From: Chrysomallon squamiferum
Lineage: Eukaryota > Animalia > Mollusca
NCBI GenBank assembly: GCA_012295275.1
Contig: CM022665.1
Span: forward strand, 33,728,001 to 33,792,000
DNA: 64,000 nucleotides
Direction: 5' to 3'
Shown here in pieces: positions 54,974-63,870 of this stretch (its first letter is position 1; the number at the start of each line of letters is the position of its first letter). The notes beneath the pieces were generated by a model, which was not told the origin of the DNA, did not search any database, and was given only the letters and a program-made list of their open reading frames with translations. The translations under genes and the position numbers were made by a program.

Positions 54974-57900
54974 AAATATATATATATTTTTTTATTTATT
55001 TGTTTGCTTATGTTTTCATTAATTTTCATGTTTATCAATTTTTTCTCTAAATTTATTTATAAATGTCATTAATTTTATTTATTGAAATTTTTTTTTTTTA
55101 CATAATTTTAAGTTTAAATTTTGTTTGAGCAAATATTCATTAAATTATGTATTTGCTTATTTTTCATTTTAAATGCATTCTTGTAATGTTTGTTTTTTTA
55201 GTTTAATGAATTTTTAGTTTAGTTTATTTTTTAATTTTTACTTCAAATTTCAGTTTCTGGAGAAAATAAAAGTAGAAAAAAAAACCATTTAAATTATTTT
55301 TTATATTATCATTAACAAAGAATCCATTGCTTCAAATACATGCCTACAGTAAACTATGAATTGATTTTGTTTTAATTTTCCCTTGCACTGTGTGTACATT
55401 TGATATTTTGTTTTTCAGAATGGAAATATTGACCCATACAAGTTGACATTTGAGCAGTATTTCAATTTCTACCGTCATCTCACTGGAAGAACAGAAGTGG
55501 ACAAAATATTTGATGAAATGTATGTCCATTTAATTAAAACAATTAATTATTTCTCTACTGGAATTTAATGACTGACTACAAACAAGTAATTCATCTGTTC
55601 ACTCAAAGCAAAGAAAAAGAAAAGATCTTTAATTAAATTGTCATTTATTATCTTTTCTGTTTAATATGATATTAAAGATACTTATAAACGTACAGGTGGT
55701 TAAATTGTGGTTCAGCTGAAAGGGATATCTCCTGTTAATAATCACTAAAAGTATTTTTCATTCATTTAAAGGGCTCATAATATTCATAAGAAGCAAATTT
55801 CTCTTCTTAAGGTGCTGTTTTCTTTCTCTTTTTAAATGTTTTTTTGTTGTTTTCTGAATTCTTTGATTTTTTTTTAATTATTAATATTTGTATGTATATA
55901 AATTGTGTGTGTGAGTGTAATTAATAACTTAGTAACTGAATCTTGCACATTACTTAACAATAGATTTAACAAATAATTAAATTCATACTCTATTTACATA
56001 TATATATTTATATGTGTTTTGAACTGGTAAAATCAGTTACTTTTGTCTAAATTTATTAAGCCCCATTGTGAAATAAAATAATTAGAATAAGCTATATTAG
56101 GCTTTATTATTAGATTTAATCCACATGCTGACATACCCAGTACGCACTCCCTCTGTTATGCAGTAATATAATTAATGTAATTTTCAAAACTGTATCAAAG
56201 TCGAAATGTCTTCCTTTCTTAAAATTTTGGTCAGTTCCTGGATGCGGCTGGCTTACTTCCAGAACGTGCCAAAGACACTGGGTTTGACAAACAGTTGGAT
56301 TAAATGTAGTTTTCATAGAAAACAGTTTGAGACATTTAAAAACAAAATGTTGATGAATTGGGTTAATCTGCTTCTGGTTTAGACAGAATGGAATATGTTA
56401 ACTGCTGGTCTTTCTTTGTATGCTTGCAGCCCAATGGTTAGAGAACTTGTCTGACGCATTATTGATTTAAGGATCACTAGTTCATTGACGGTTTCTTGTT
56501 CTAGCTAATGCTGGTTTATTTTATACCATGGTTTATGCATTCCTGCCTATAGAATGAGGGATGTAAAAGATTCTTTGTTGCAGGTTGATATGAATAATCA
56601 TTATGTGGCAGCAGCAGGTTGTCTTTTATATCATTATTAAAAACATATTTAAAAATGTACTTGAAAAAAGAGGTATTGAGAGAAATCTTTTAAAAAATGT
56701 ATACATTATTGTTTTAATTATGTGAATACAAAAATGTTCTTCAGATTCAAAGAGTAGCTGAAATGTGCATACTGTTTCACTTATTATCCATTCAAAACAG
56801 AAATCTGTAACATTTAAAAATCAGAATGAAAACAAAATCATCATAGTCAGAATACTTGAAATTGGTTTTATCTCAATTTTTTGTTTTTAAATATTCTTGA
56901 CAAATAAATTTGACATTTAAAAATTGATTTTTCTTCTTAAATTTTAAAGAAAACAACTCCAAAATGAACACATGGAAAAAGAGACAAAAAAAAATGATTG
57001 ATTATAATTTTAGTAATTTAAGAAAAAAAAATGAATCCACTGTCATATCATTGAGTCTTGTAGACAGTGCAAAGGTTTGTATCACAAAAATTAATAATAA
57101 TAATGAACTACAGATTGATATTTGACACCACCAGAATTAAATGTAGAATGTCATAAGACTGAAATATTTCAGGATTTTAAGTGCATGGTAAATGTGCATT
57201 GTAGAAGATAAATACAAATTGATTTTAGCCTTCCAATTTTTGGACATTTTTTTTATTTTTAAAAATAGAGCCTGTGCAAAAATGTAAATAATTTGGTAAT
57301 AAATTTGTTCAGTTGAATATGTGCAAATATTAGTATTTATTTATTTATGCATTCATTCATTTTTTTCTTTTCTTTTTTTTTTTTTTTTCATTTTTTTAAT
57401 ATATATTTTTTTTAACTTATATAGATAGATACAAAATTTTATTGTTTCTTAAGCTTTTTTTTTCTGGAATCCAAATTAAGAATTCAAATTAATTTATTCT
57501 GATATTTTTTGATCGGCTGAATAAACAATTTTAAATATAAGAATTTAGAATTAATGTAATATTTGACAAATTATTAATATTTGTTGTTATATGTGGGGTT
57601 TTTGTTTGTTTTGGTTTTTCAGTTGATGTAGTTTTAGATTGTTATTTGTTGTTTTTGCTATTTTATTCTTTAAAGAACATGATAATAACAGTGTCCTCCC
57701 CTTAGATAACAAACAAAATCTTGCTACTGAAAACCTTTAATTTGCTATTTCATATATTTCTTTAATTTAATTTATTGCATTGCAGTGTATAGTATTGTTA
57801 TATATTATTTTATTTTATTCCACATTGATTTGATTACATTGGATATATCAGTTTAGTTCAGTTTAGTTCAGTTTTGTTTTGTTTTATAATTTATTTTCTT

Positions 57901-60900
57901 ATTAACAGTGGAGCAAAGAAGAAGCCATACCTAACTGTTGAACAGTTTCAAGAGTTTCTGAACAAACATCAGCGAGATCCTCGACTTAATGAGATCCTGT
58001 ACCCATTTTATACCAAGGAACAAGCTCAGGCCCTAATTGACACATATGAAACCAAGCATGGAATGGCTGCAAAAGGTTTGTTGTTAGCACATCAAAGTAT
58101 CTTTTACAGATATGTAGCTAATAGAAGTATTCTCTTTCACTTAATAACATTTTCTTAATAATGACTATTTTGCAGTTTAAAACAGGTGGTTTGTTGCATT
58201 AGTGTGTATTCTGAGAATTTTATGGTTATTATGGAATTGCAGTTTGGAGCCTACAGGCATGGAAAAACCTGATTGTTTCCTAACTGATATAATTAATAAT
58301 GATAATTAAACAAATTACTAAATTTATGTTAAAGGATTTTTAATACAGAGAATATTTTGATAAACTGTAAAAGTATGAAATGTATTCATGTATGTGTGCT
58401 TCTGTGTTTGTGTGTGCTAGTATGTGTGTATGTGTGCAAATGAGTATGTGTGTTCATGTGCACATACATTTATACATGAATATATATGTATATACACTGT
58501 TTTTAGTGAATGTATTTTCTGTTAAAATATCTTAAGGAAATTGTTTTTATAACTGTTTTTTCCTGTTTTCTTGTTTCCAGAAAAAGGTAAGATTGTGCAC
58601 CAGTGACAAAATACTATATTATAGTTTTGGCTTATATATGCATGTGAGGTTTAAACAAATATATTTTTATATTTTTGTGTGAATGTTCATTTACCATGTT
58701 GCTTTATGTATATATAACCAATTTTTTTTTTTTCTTTCTTTTTTTTTCAAATTAATTCTGTGTGTATAGAATGTTTTATTTTCATTTTATTACTGTATTT
58801 TCATAACATGCATTTATTTTAGTTGATCTATTTACAGTTATTTCAGTTTATTTAAATTTGATTGTATCCAAATTACAGATTATCACACTTGGTTAATGAT
58901 AGGATTGGTCACATCAGAAAAATATAATTCCTTTTTTATAAATAGATCTCTAAGCTAATGTGTTGTATGCACATATGCAGAGTTTAAAATATAAGAAATA
59001 TATAAAGATTAACATTACTTAACACTGATATGAAATACAGATATAAATATAGTTTTAGTGTTGTCTAATAATATATAGATTCTAAATGCAGTGTGTTTAT
59101 CTGGTGTGTAATTTAGATATACAATATAGCATTTAACTTGTGTGAGATTTACATACAAAATACAGTGATACCTCGAGTTACATGTGCTGCAGCTTACAAG
59201 TTTTCCGAGTTATGAACAGTCACTTGGTCGATTTTTTGCTTTGATTTGCGAGCCAAAATCTGAGTTACGAGTGAGCTTCAGAAACACCGCCGCTAGTTGA
59301 TGCAACGAACAACACAACATCCGCCCAGCATCCCACGACTCACTCATTTACTTCAGTTGGAAACATCTTTGTTGTGTTGTGCTTGCATTTTGTGCAATGT
59401 TTTGACAAATTTCCATGGATCCTAAGAAAGTGAGTGCAAAGGACAATGCTGAGAAGAAGAAGCAGATGATGTCCATTGAATTAAAGCATGAAATATAGAA
59501 AAACACAAATGAGGTGTGCATGTAGTCCACTTGGCTAGTCAGTACGAGCATAGTACTTCTACGATGTGTACCACACTGAAGCAGAAAGAAGGAGTCAATA
59601 AAGGCTTATCTCCAGCAAAAGGCATTAAAATAATTTCTAAGCTGTAGACCTCTGTCCATGAAAAGATGGAAAAACCCTAACCTTGTACACTTTACAAAAC
59701 CAATTTATTTCTTTACATTCTCTTTTATTTTGTTATAATACAATGTTATTCATTAATACATTTTTCTTATTTAAAGACATATGAAAAAAATTGGGGTTGC
59801 TTTTTTGGGGGGACAGAACGGATTAATGGTATTTCAATTAATTTCACTTGGGAAAATATATTTGATATATGAGCAAATTGAGTTAGAGCTCAGTCATGGA
59901 ACAAATTAAACTCGTAAGTCAAGGTACCACTGTATAGCATTTAACTGATGTGAAATTTAGATATAAAATATAGCATTTAACTGATATGAAATTTAAACAT
60001 AAAATGCAGTGTTCTAATGATACAGAATTTAGATATAAATATAGTTTAACTGTGAAGTATAGATACAAATGTAATAAATAAAGATTTATTTGATATAAAA
60101 TTCATATTAAGAAAACTTGATTAGGCCACTATTCATTGTATAATGACATCAGATTGTAATATAACAAATACTGTGATTTCAAATATAGATATAAAATATA
60201 GTGACAAGAGTCATAATTTACCAGTCATGATACATGTGCTGTAACAAGTATAACTCTTATCAACAGCTTATTTTGTTCTGTGAAGCAAGCACTAACATAG
60301 AATATTTAAAATCTGAAAATAATCTACTGTTTCAATTGCTTATTATTAACTAACTGTAAAACTGCTAAAAAAAAAATTCTCCATTCTCTCTAAAATAAGA
60401 ATTTGAATTATTTTTAATAATAGTTTTATTAATTTATTTGCTTATTAACTAAGAAAAGGTAAGCTAAAGTTTACCAACTTCATTAAAAACAAAATAAAAA
60501 ACATAAAAGCTACATTTTTAATAATTACATTAGTTATTGTTTGTTTCATTTGTTGTTTTTATTTTTGTATTTGTTTTTTTTTATGTTAAAAGAATTTAAA
60601 AAAATAATGCAATGTAGATTTTAGAAACAGTAATAATTTTATATTTTTTATTTTAAGAACGACAATATAAAATTCTGAGATAAATTAACATTATAAATAA
60701 ATTCTTTATATAAAACTGATACCAGTATGCATAGACAATTTTCAAAATGTGATTTATAATTCATTATAATGTACATCTAAACCTTTTCCAGGGAGACAAC
60801 TCCAAAACTGAAAATAATGGCATTGAAGTCTTTCAAGGAAGATAACTGATATTTTACTTGAGAAAAATAATGACCCAAAACAAAGAAAATAAAACAGATG

Positions 60901-61657
60901 ATGTTAAAACAGATAATATCAGGGAGAATTATTATTTTTGTTTTGTTTTTTTGTTTTTAAACAACTAAGAGGCAAGTAAAAGTAAGCCATAATAATAATT
61001 TCCCAAGAACTATGTTTTTTTTACCTATAATAGATAAATAAACTTTTAAGACGAAACATTAAAGTCATGCCTTGGAATTGAATTGTTTTTGGCTATGGAT
61101 ACAGTTATCGATTAGGACAGTATTTTATTGGCAAGTAAAGGGTGAAATTTACTCTCAGAAGAAAAAGAGGTATAAAGCATTTGTCATTTAATGATTTAAA
61201 AAAATCTTTCTTAACTTTTTTTATTAAAAGAACATTGTTGTAGATGGCATTTAGAAAGTTTTCTTGAGTTCTGAAATTTAAAAAATATATTTTAAATATC
61301 ATTAATTAATACACATTTATTACACAGTAAGGTATATATTTGATGTCCCAGTGAATTTTGTTAATTTGTTAGAGAGCATGATTCCATTATGTTTGATAGC
61401 AAAATTCATTGTTTCATTTTTAAATTGTTCACTTGAAATTTTTTGCTATTAGATTTTTTTTTTTTTTTCAAAGGAATGTCTTTGTTTATAGTTTAGTTCT
61501 ATGTTACTATAGTTTTACTGTTGCATTAAACTAAGTGTTTCTATAATTACATGACTTAGATGATGAAAAAACATATTAATAACACAAGACCCAGTCTAGT
61601 AAAGATGTAGATTTACTCTAATTAATAGGAACAGTGATGATAATAATAATAAAAGTA

Positions 61658-61710
<53 letters not shown>

Positions 61711-63870
61711 GTGGAGTAATGACAAATATCAGTATTATTTTAAATACATTATTCATTTTTATTTTATTTATTTATGATTTAACATCATGAAATCATGAAT
61801 AGTTTAAAAACAAATATGACGAGTAAAGTTTGTAATTATTGTTCTTTAAGTTCATTAAAATAAATAATTTCATAACTCATTATTAATTCAAATATATATA
61901 TATTCTTTCTTCTTGTAGATCATAACCATGAAAAGAATTTAAAGTTTTCAGGCTTTTTTTGTATTATTAGGTCATTTGTCTCAAGAAGGATTCCTCAAAT
62001 TTTTGATGAGTGAAGAAAATAACTTAATTCCTCCGGAAAAACTTGATCTCAGTGAAGACATGACTCAGCCATTGTCTCACTACTTCATCAACTCTTCACA
62101 TAATACATATCTCACAGGTAAAAATTCAAAACATTTCACAAATAAAAAAAATATCAATATGTCACAAACATGTCTCACTACTTCAATCAAATCTTCATTA
62201 ACATATCTCACAGGTTAAAAATATCAGTATGTCACAAATGTTTTTTACCACTTCATCAACTCTTCATATAACATCTCACTGATAAAAAAGAAATACACAG
62301 ATGTGTTTCCTGCTTCATGAATTTTTCATATAACAGGTATCTCACAGATAAAAAAATAATATCAACTTTTTACAAACATTTCAATGGTTAACAAAAAACA
62401 CTTATATATCAGAAACATGTTTTTATTTTGTCAGCACCTACAATATGTGTACTGTCAGACGTTAATTAAACTATTATTTTAAATGTTTGAACAGTGTCTT
62501 ACCTATAACAGGACATCAGCAGAATTGTAATGTTAGGTATTAATTAAACTATGTACTGCCTGTGACAGGACATCAGTAGAGGTATATTGTCAGGTGTTAA
62601 ATAAATAATGTGTTACCTGTGACAGGACATCAGCTGACAGGCAGGTCATCAGTGGAGGTGTATTGTCAGGTGTTACTCAGTGGCTGTCGCTGTGTTGAAC
62701 TTGACTGTTGGGATGGGAAAGGTGCTGATGAAGAACCAATCATAACACATGGTTTTACAATGTGCACTGAAATCCCATTTAAAGTAAGTCAAATTAAAAT
62801 TTATGGATTTAATTTCCACAGTTAAATTCTTCAAAGGCAAATTATTTATTTTTTAAAATATGCTTCATAATGAGCACTGAAAATATTTTAAAAGTATATT
62901 GTTGTTAGAAGATTCTGTTAAATTATTATTATTGTTGTAATTTATCTTTAACTGTACATGTGTACTGTAACAGAACTATGGCCCACATCATTCTGTCTAA
63001 AGTTTCTTTCTTACAACAGTTAACTTGTTATAAAACTTAAGTGCTACAAATCATATCTGCTCAGTATGATTTATTAGTTTGTATATATTTTTGGACTGTT
63101 TCTTTTAATTCAAATCAATTTCTTTGACATTTTAAATTATGTATGCATGTTATTATTGTACAAGACTTGTATAATGTTTTAAATATTAATATATGTGGTG
63201 TTCTAAAATATTTAATAGTTTTAAATTGTGTTGTTTTAGGATGTAATAGAAGCCATTGCACTCTGTGCCTTCAAAACATCAGAATACCCGCTAATTTTGT
63301 CCTTCGAAAACCATTGCTCGTAAGTATCTTCTTTTGTTTTTAATATTTAACCACTGCTATTGCCAGAGCACTTTCAAATTTATCATCATGTTAGATGCTG
63401 CTATACATTTATTTTATAGAGGAAAATAAATCATAGGACAGCATATATTAAAACAAAAGCTTATGAATTAGATGGTCAACACTGAAGAAAAGAAAATATA
63501 AATACATATACAAATACAAAAATATAAACACAGACACATCTAAAACATAAAAACACAAGAATATACATCTATATAAAATATAGTTACTTAAAATTAATTA
63601 CAGACATTCAGATTAATTATTTGTACCCTCACATTCACATCTTTCTACTTAGATCATCAATTACAGAGGTGATGGTGTGGCTTTTACATTATCAGTAATT
63701 AATTATTAAATTAATCCACTTCTACCATTACATTTAATTGATTTTATCAAAATTCTTTGGTAAGTAACATCTTGTTTCTTTTCAGACCAAGGCAACAGGC
63801 AAAGATGGCCAACTACTGCAAAGAAATATTAGGAGATATGTTGTTGACCTCCACACTAGAAGATCATCCA
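16603..63870 (+). CDS. PLCB: Phosphoinositide phospholipase C beta (Plc21C/PLCB1-3-like), partial spliced CDS: join(16603..16680,22528..22596,37557..37697,38363..38496,42345..42429,55419..55519,57909..58075,61971..62117,62626..62783,63240..63319,63786..63870)
   Basis: The 11 exons all have AG/GT boundaries and compatible phases and join into 415 stop-free codons. Family motifs: [65 protein letters not shown] and [11 protein letters not shown] fit the Plc21C/PLCB1-3 group better than norpA/PLCB4 (from recalled sequences). Incomplete at both ends. Confidence 0.97.
18005..18872. repeat. Decayed tandem array (units up to about 120 bp) followed by a ~22-bp array (aaaatgaagatagccatgttat) at 18750-18872
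   Basis: Repeated aaaacagaatttgttaatctg..ttatgaaatgat and aattatccataaagat blocks; about 6 copies of aaaatgaagatagc. Confidence 0.7.
20927..21780. mobile_element. CpG-rich composite non-autonomous insertion: pogo/Tc2-like left end (TA|ccgtatatacttgtgtataagtcga) plus a hAT-Charlie-like end fragment near 21683
   Basis: TA|CCGTA start with internal inverted motif tataagtcga/tcgacttata; abrupt rise in CpG; gggcaacctttttcgagaagcgggccatatgac resembles hAT MITE ends (recalled). No matching right TIR found. Confidence 0.55.
21781..22290. repeat. Long imperfect inverted repeat (foldback or MITE-like), arms about 190 bp, spacer about 120 bp
   Basis: ggtaactctgtatcaatgattagctatt and aagaaatttttcattttcatttacttcaggaactgttataat (21792-21905) pair with attataacagttcctgaagtaaaggaaaatgaaaaatttctt and aatagctaattgttgatacagagttacc (22153-22274). 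Confidence 0.85.
22528..22596 (+). CDS. PLCB: PLC-beta exon (69 nt, phase 0-0), PH domain: [23 protein letters not shown]
   Basis: cttattatag| acceptor, AAG|gtaatg donor; LDxxxIRDARxGKxAKxPK motif. Confidence 0.95.
23851..23863. promoter_or_regulatory. Candidate RFX X-box (GTTACCTGGCAAC)
   Basis: Exact fit to GTNRCC(N0-3)RGYAAC; motif match only, no functional evidence. Confidence 0.25.
24890..25085 (+). mobile_element. SINE-like copy, 3' portion (same family)
   Basis: ctggtctatgaaagaccttggcatgtattgtcctgtctctaggaagatgc..gagtagcccatgacatggcagcagcagatttcatctctcatt aligns by eye with the 45.1 and 56.4 kb copies. Confidence 0.55.
31716..32070. repeat. 53-bp minisatellite, about 6 near-identical copies plus a decayed seventh
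   Basis: Unit cattcaccagttatctatacagttctgagattgtcaggtagagctctacatag starts at 31717, 31770, 31823, 31876, 31929 and 31982. Confidence 0.97.
37557..37697 (+). CDS. PLCB: PLC-beta exon (141 nt, phase 0-0), PH domain: [47 protein letters not shown]
   Basis: tttcttacag| acceptor, AAG|gtaaaa donor; GxDxVN..NF motif of the PLCB PH domain. Confidence 0.95.
37877..39344. repeat. Dispersed direct repeat of about 210 bp on either side of exon 38363-38496 (copy A 37877-38086; copy B 38934-39112 plus 39301-39344)
   Basis: aaaaagcttgcttgtttatt..cccagttgtatagttaatgtaatgagatgtatgattta..tgttgacattaaaaaa recurs at an offset of 1057 bp; copy B has about 190 bp of extra internal sequence. Confidence 0.92.
38363..38496 (+). 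CDS. PLCB: PLC-beta exon (134 nt, phase 0-2), end of PH into EF-hand: [44 protein letters not shown](N)
   Basis: attttcacag| acceptor, AA|gtaagt donor; NLLAQN..FLEK.YT.L..GKIPIKN motif. Confidence 0.95.
40100..40248 (-). mobile_element. SINE-like copy on the minus strand, 5' portion
   Basis: Reverse complement gives ctgtggtctagtagt..gtgggatcattcc..ttctagtcag, matching the head of the 45.1 kb copy. Confidence 0.4.
41144..41189. repeat. 46-bp perfect palindrome centred on (TA)n
   Basis: tgtgtgtgtgtatacattatatatatataatgtatacacacacaca. Confidence 0.93.
42345..42429 (+). CDS. PLCB: PLC-beta exon (85 nt, phase 2-0), EF-hand: (N)[28 protein letters not shown]
   Basis: tttcttccag| acceptor, AAA|gtaagt donor; DRKxVExxLEA motif; phases match both neighbours. 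Confidence 0.94.
44284..44382. repeat. Recent 50-bp tandem duplication
   Basis: aatattcacatcacatattttgtctgttattttgttacctat(a)atgatga occurs twice head-to-tail. Confidence 0.9.
45089..45340 (+). mobile_element. Old tRNA-derived SINE-like copy
   Basis: A-box-like gtggcttagtggtcaga, then tatttcctattccagccagtgc and tcctgttagtgggaatgtggatataaaa..atcccttgttgct; these blocks recur, degenerate, at other sites in the window. Confidence 0.6.
48043..48657. repeat. Purine-rich minisatellite, 22-27 bp variable unit (tggttgaagaagaagagaaaa[ctcat]), more than 20 copies
   Basis: Directly visible; it produces the low-complexity ORFs at 47950-48679. Confidence 0.97.
52983..53175 (+). mobile_element. SINE-like copy, highly decayed
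   Basis: A-box-like gtagttcagtggtaga; ttggctatttt; tttcctaactatgggaaggtgcatatacaaa. Confidence 0.45.
55419..55519 (+). CDS. PLCB: PLC-beta exon (101 nt, phase 0-2), EF-hand: [33 protein letters not shown](I)
   Basis: tgtttttcag| acceptor, AT|gtatgt donor; RxEVDxIF motif. Confidence 0.94.
56425..56636 (+). mobile_element. Old tRNA-derived SINE-like copy (same family)
   Basis: A-box-like gcagcccaatggttagag; tttcttgttctagctaatgc; tcctgcctatagaatgagggatgtaaaagattctttgttgc; gtggcagcagcaggtt shared with the 24.9 kb copy. Confidence 0.6.
57909..58075 (+). CDS. PLCB: PLC-beta exon (167 nt, phase 2-1), EF-hand: (I)[55 protein letters not shown]
   Basis: ttattaacag| acceptor, AAG|gtttgt donor; diagnostic [12 protein letters not shown]. 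Confidence 0.97.
58581..58586 (+). CDS. Candidate 6-nt cassette microexon (AAAAAG, phase 1-1) adding Glu-Lys
   Basis: Long pyrimidine tract tgttttttcctgttttcttgtttccag, then AAAAAG, then gtaaga. Length is a multiple of 3 and it adds no stop. TGCATG at 58639-58644. No transcript evidence. Confidence 0.55.
59163..59932 (+). mobile_element. Tigger/pogo (Tc1-mariner superfamily) internally deleted element, 770 bp, TA target duplication
   Basis: TIRs cagtgatacctcgagttac and (reverse complement) cagtggtaccttgacttac; TA at 59161-62 and 59933-34; disrupted transposase N-terminus inside. Confidence 0.92.
59415..59675 (+). pseudogene. Disrupted Tigger transposase N-terminus (HTH-psq/CENP-B-type DNA-binding region)
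   Basis: [27 protein letters not shown] / [26 protein letters not shown] / [20 protein letters not shown], with frameshifts and a stop; no DDE domain present. Confidence 0.85.
61971..62117 (+). CDS. PLCB: PLC-beta exon (147 nt, phase 1-1), last EF-hand and start of X box: (G)[48 protein letters not shown]
   Basis: gtattattag| acceptor, CAG|gtaaaa donor; contains the first catalytic His and the Ca-binding Asn (SSHNTY). Confidence 0.97.
62072..62370 (+). repeat. Degenerate tandem copies of the 3' end of exon 61971-62117 plus its donor site
   Basis: Exonic tgtctcactacttcatcaactcttcacataatacatatctcacag|gtaaaaa is echoed at about 62171, 62246 and 62310. Confidence 0.88.
62495..62675 (+). repeat. 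57-bp-period tandem copies of the acceptor and 5' end of exon 62626-62783
   Basis: acag|gacatcag with the AG ending at 62511, 62568 and 62625; tagaggtatattgtcaggtgtta (62576) mirrors exonic tggaggtgtattgtcaggtgtta. Confidence 0.88.
62626..62783 (+). CDS. PLCB: PLC-beta exon (158 nt, phase 1-0), X box: (G)[52 protein letters not shown]
   Basis: cctgtgacag| acceptor, AAA|gtaagt donor; Ca-binding E/D of CVELD and second catalytic His (ITHG) are intact. Confidence 0.97.
63240..63319 (+). CDS. PLCB: PLC-beta exon (80 nt, phase 0-2), X box: [26 protein letters not shown](S)
   Basis: ttgttttag| acceptor, TC|gtaagt donor; [17 protein letters not shown] motif. Confidence 0.97.
63786..63870 (+). CDS. 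PLCB: PLC-beta exon (85 nt, phase 2-0), X box: (S)[28 protein letters not shown]
   Basis: tttcttttcag| acceptor, CCA|gtaaga donor; QQAKMAxYCxxIxGDxLL motif. Confidence 0.96.

Larger units (their letters stand above)
59010..60070. repeat. Decayed 36-bp minisatellite interrupted by the Tigger element
   Basis: aaaatatagcatttaactgatgtgaaatttagatat units on both sides of the element (tagcat at 59935 and 59971). Confidence 0.75.

Noticed and set aside
60445-60466. aaaag|gtaagc, a second donor-like site resembling the microexon
   Set aside because: No pyrimidine tract before the upstream AG, and the segment would be 5 nt (frameshifting)
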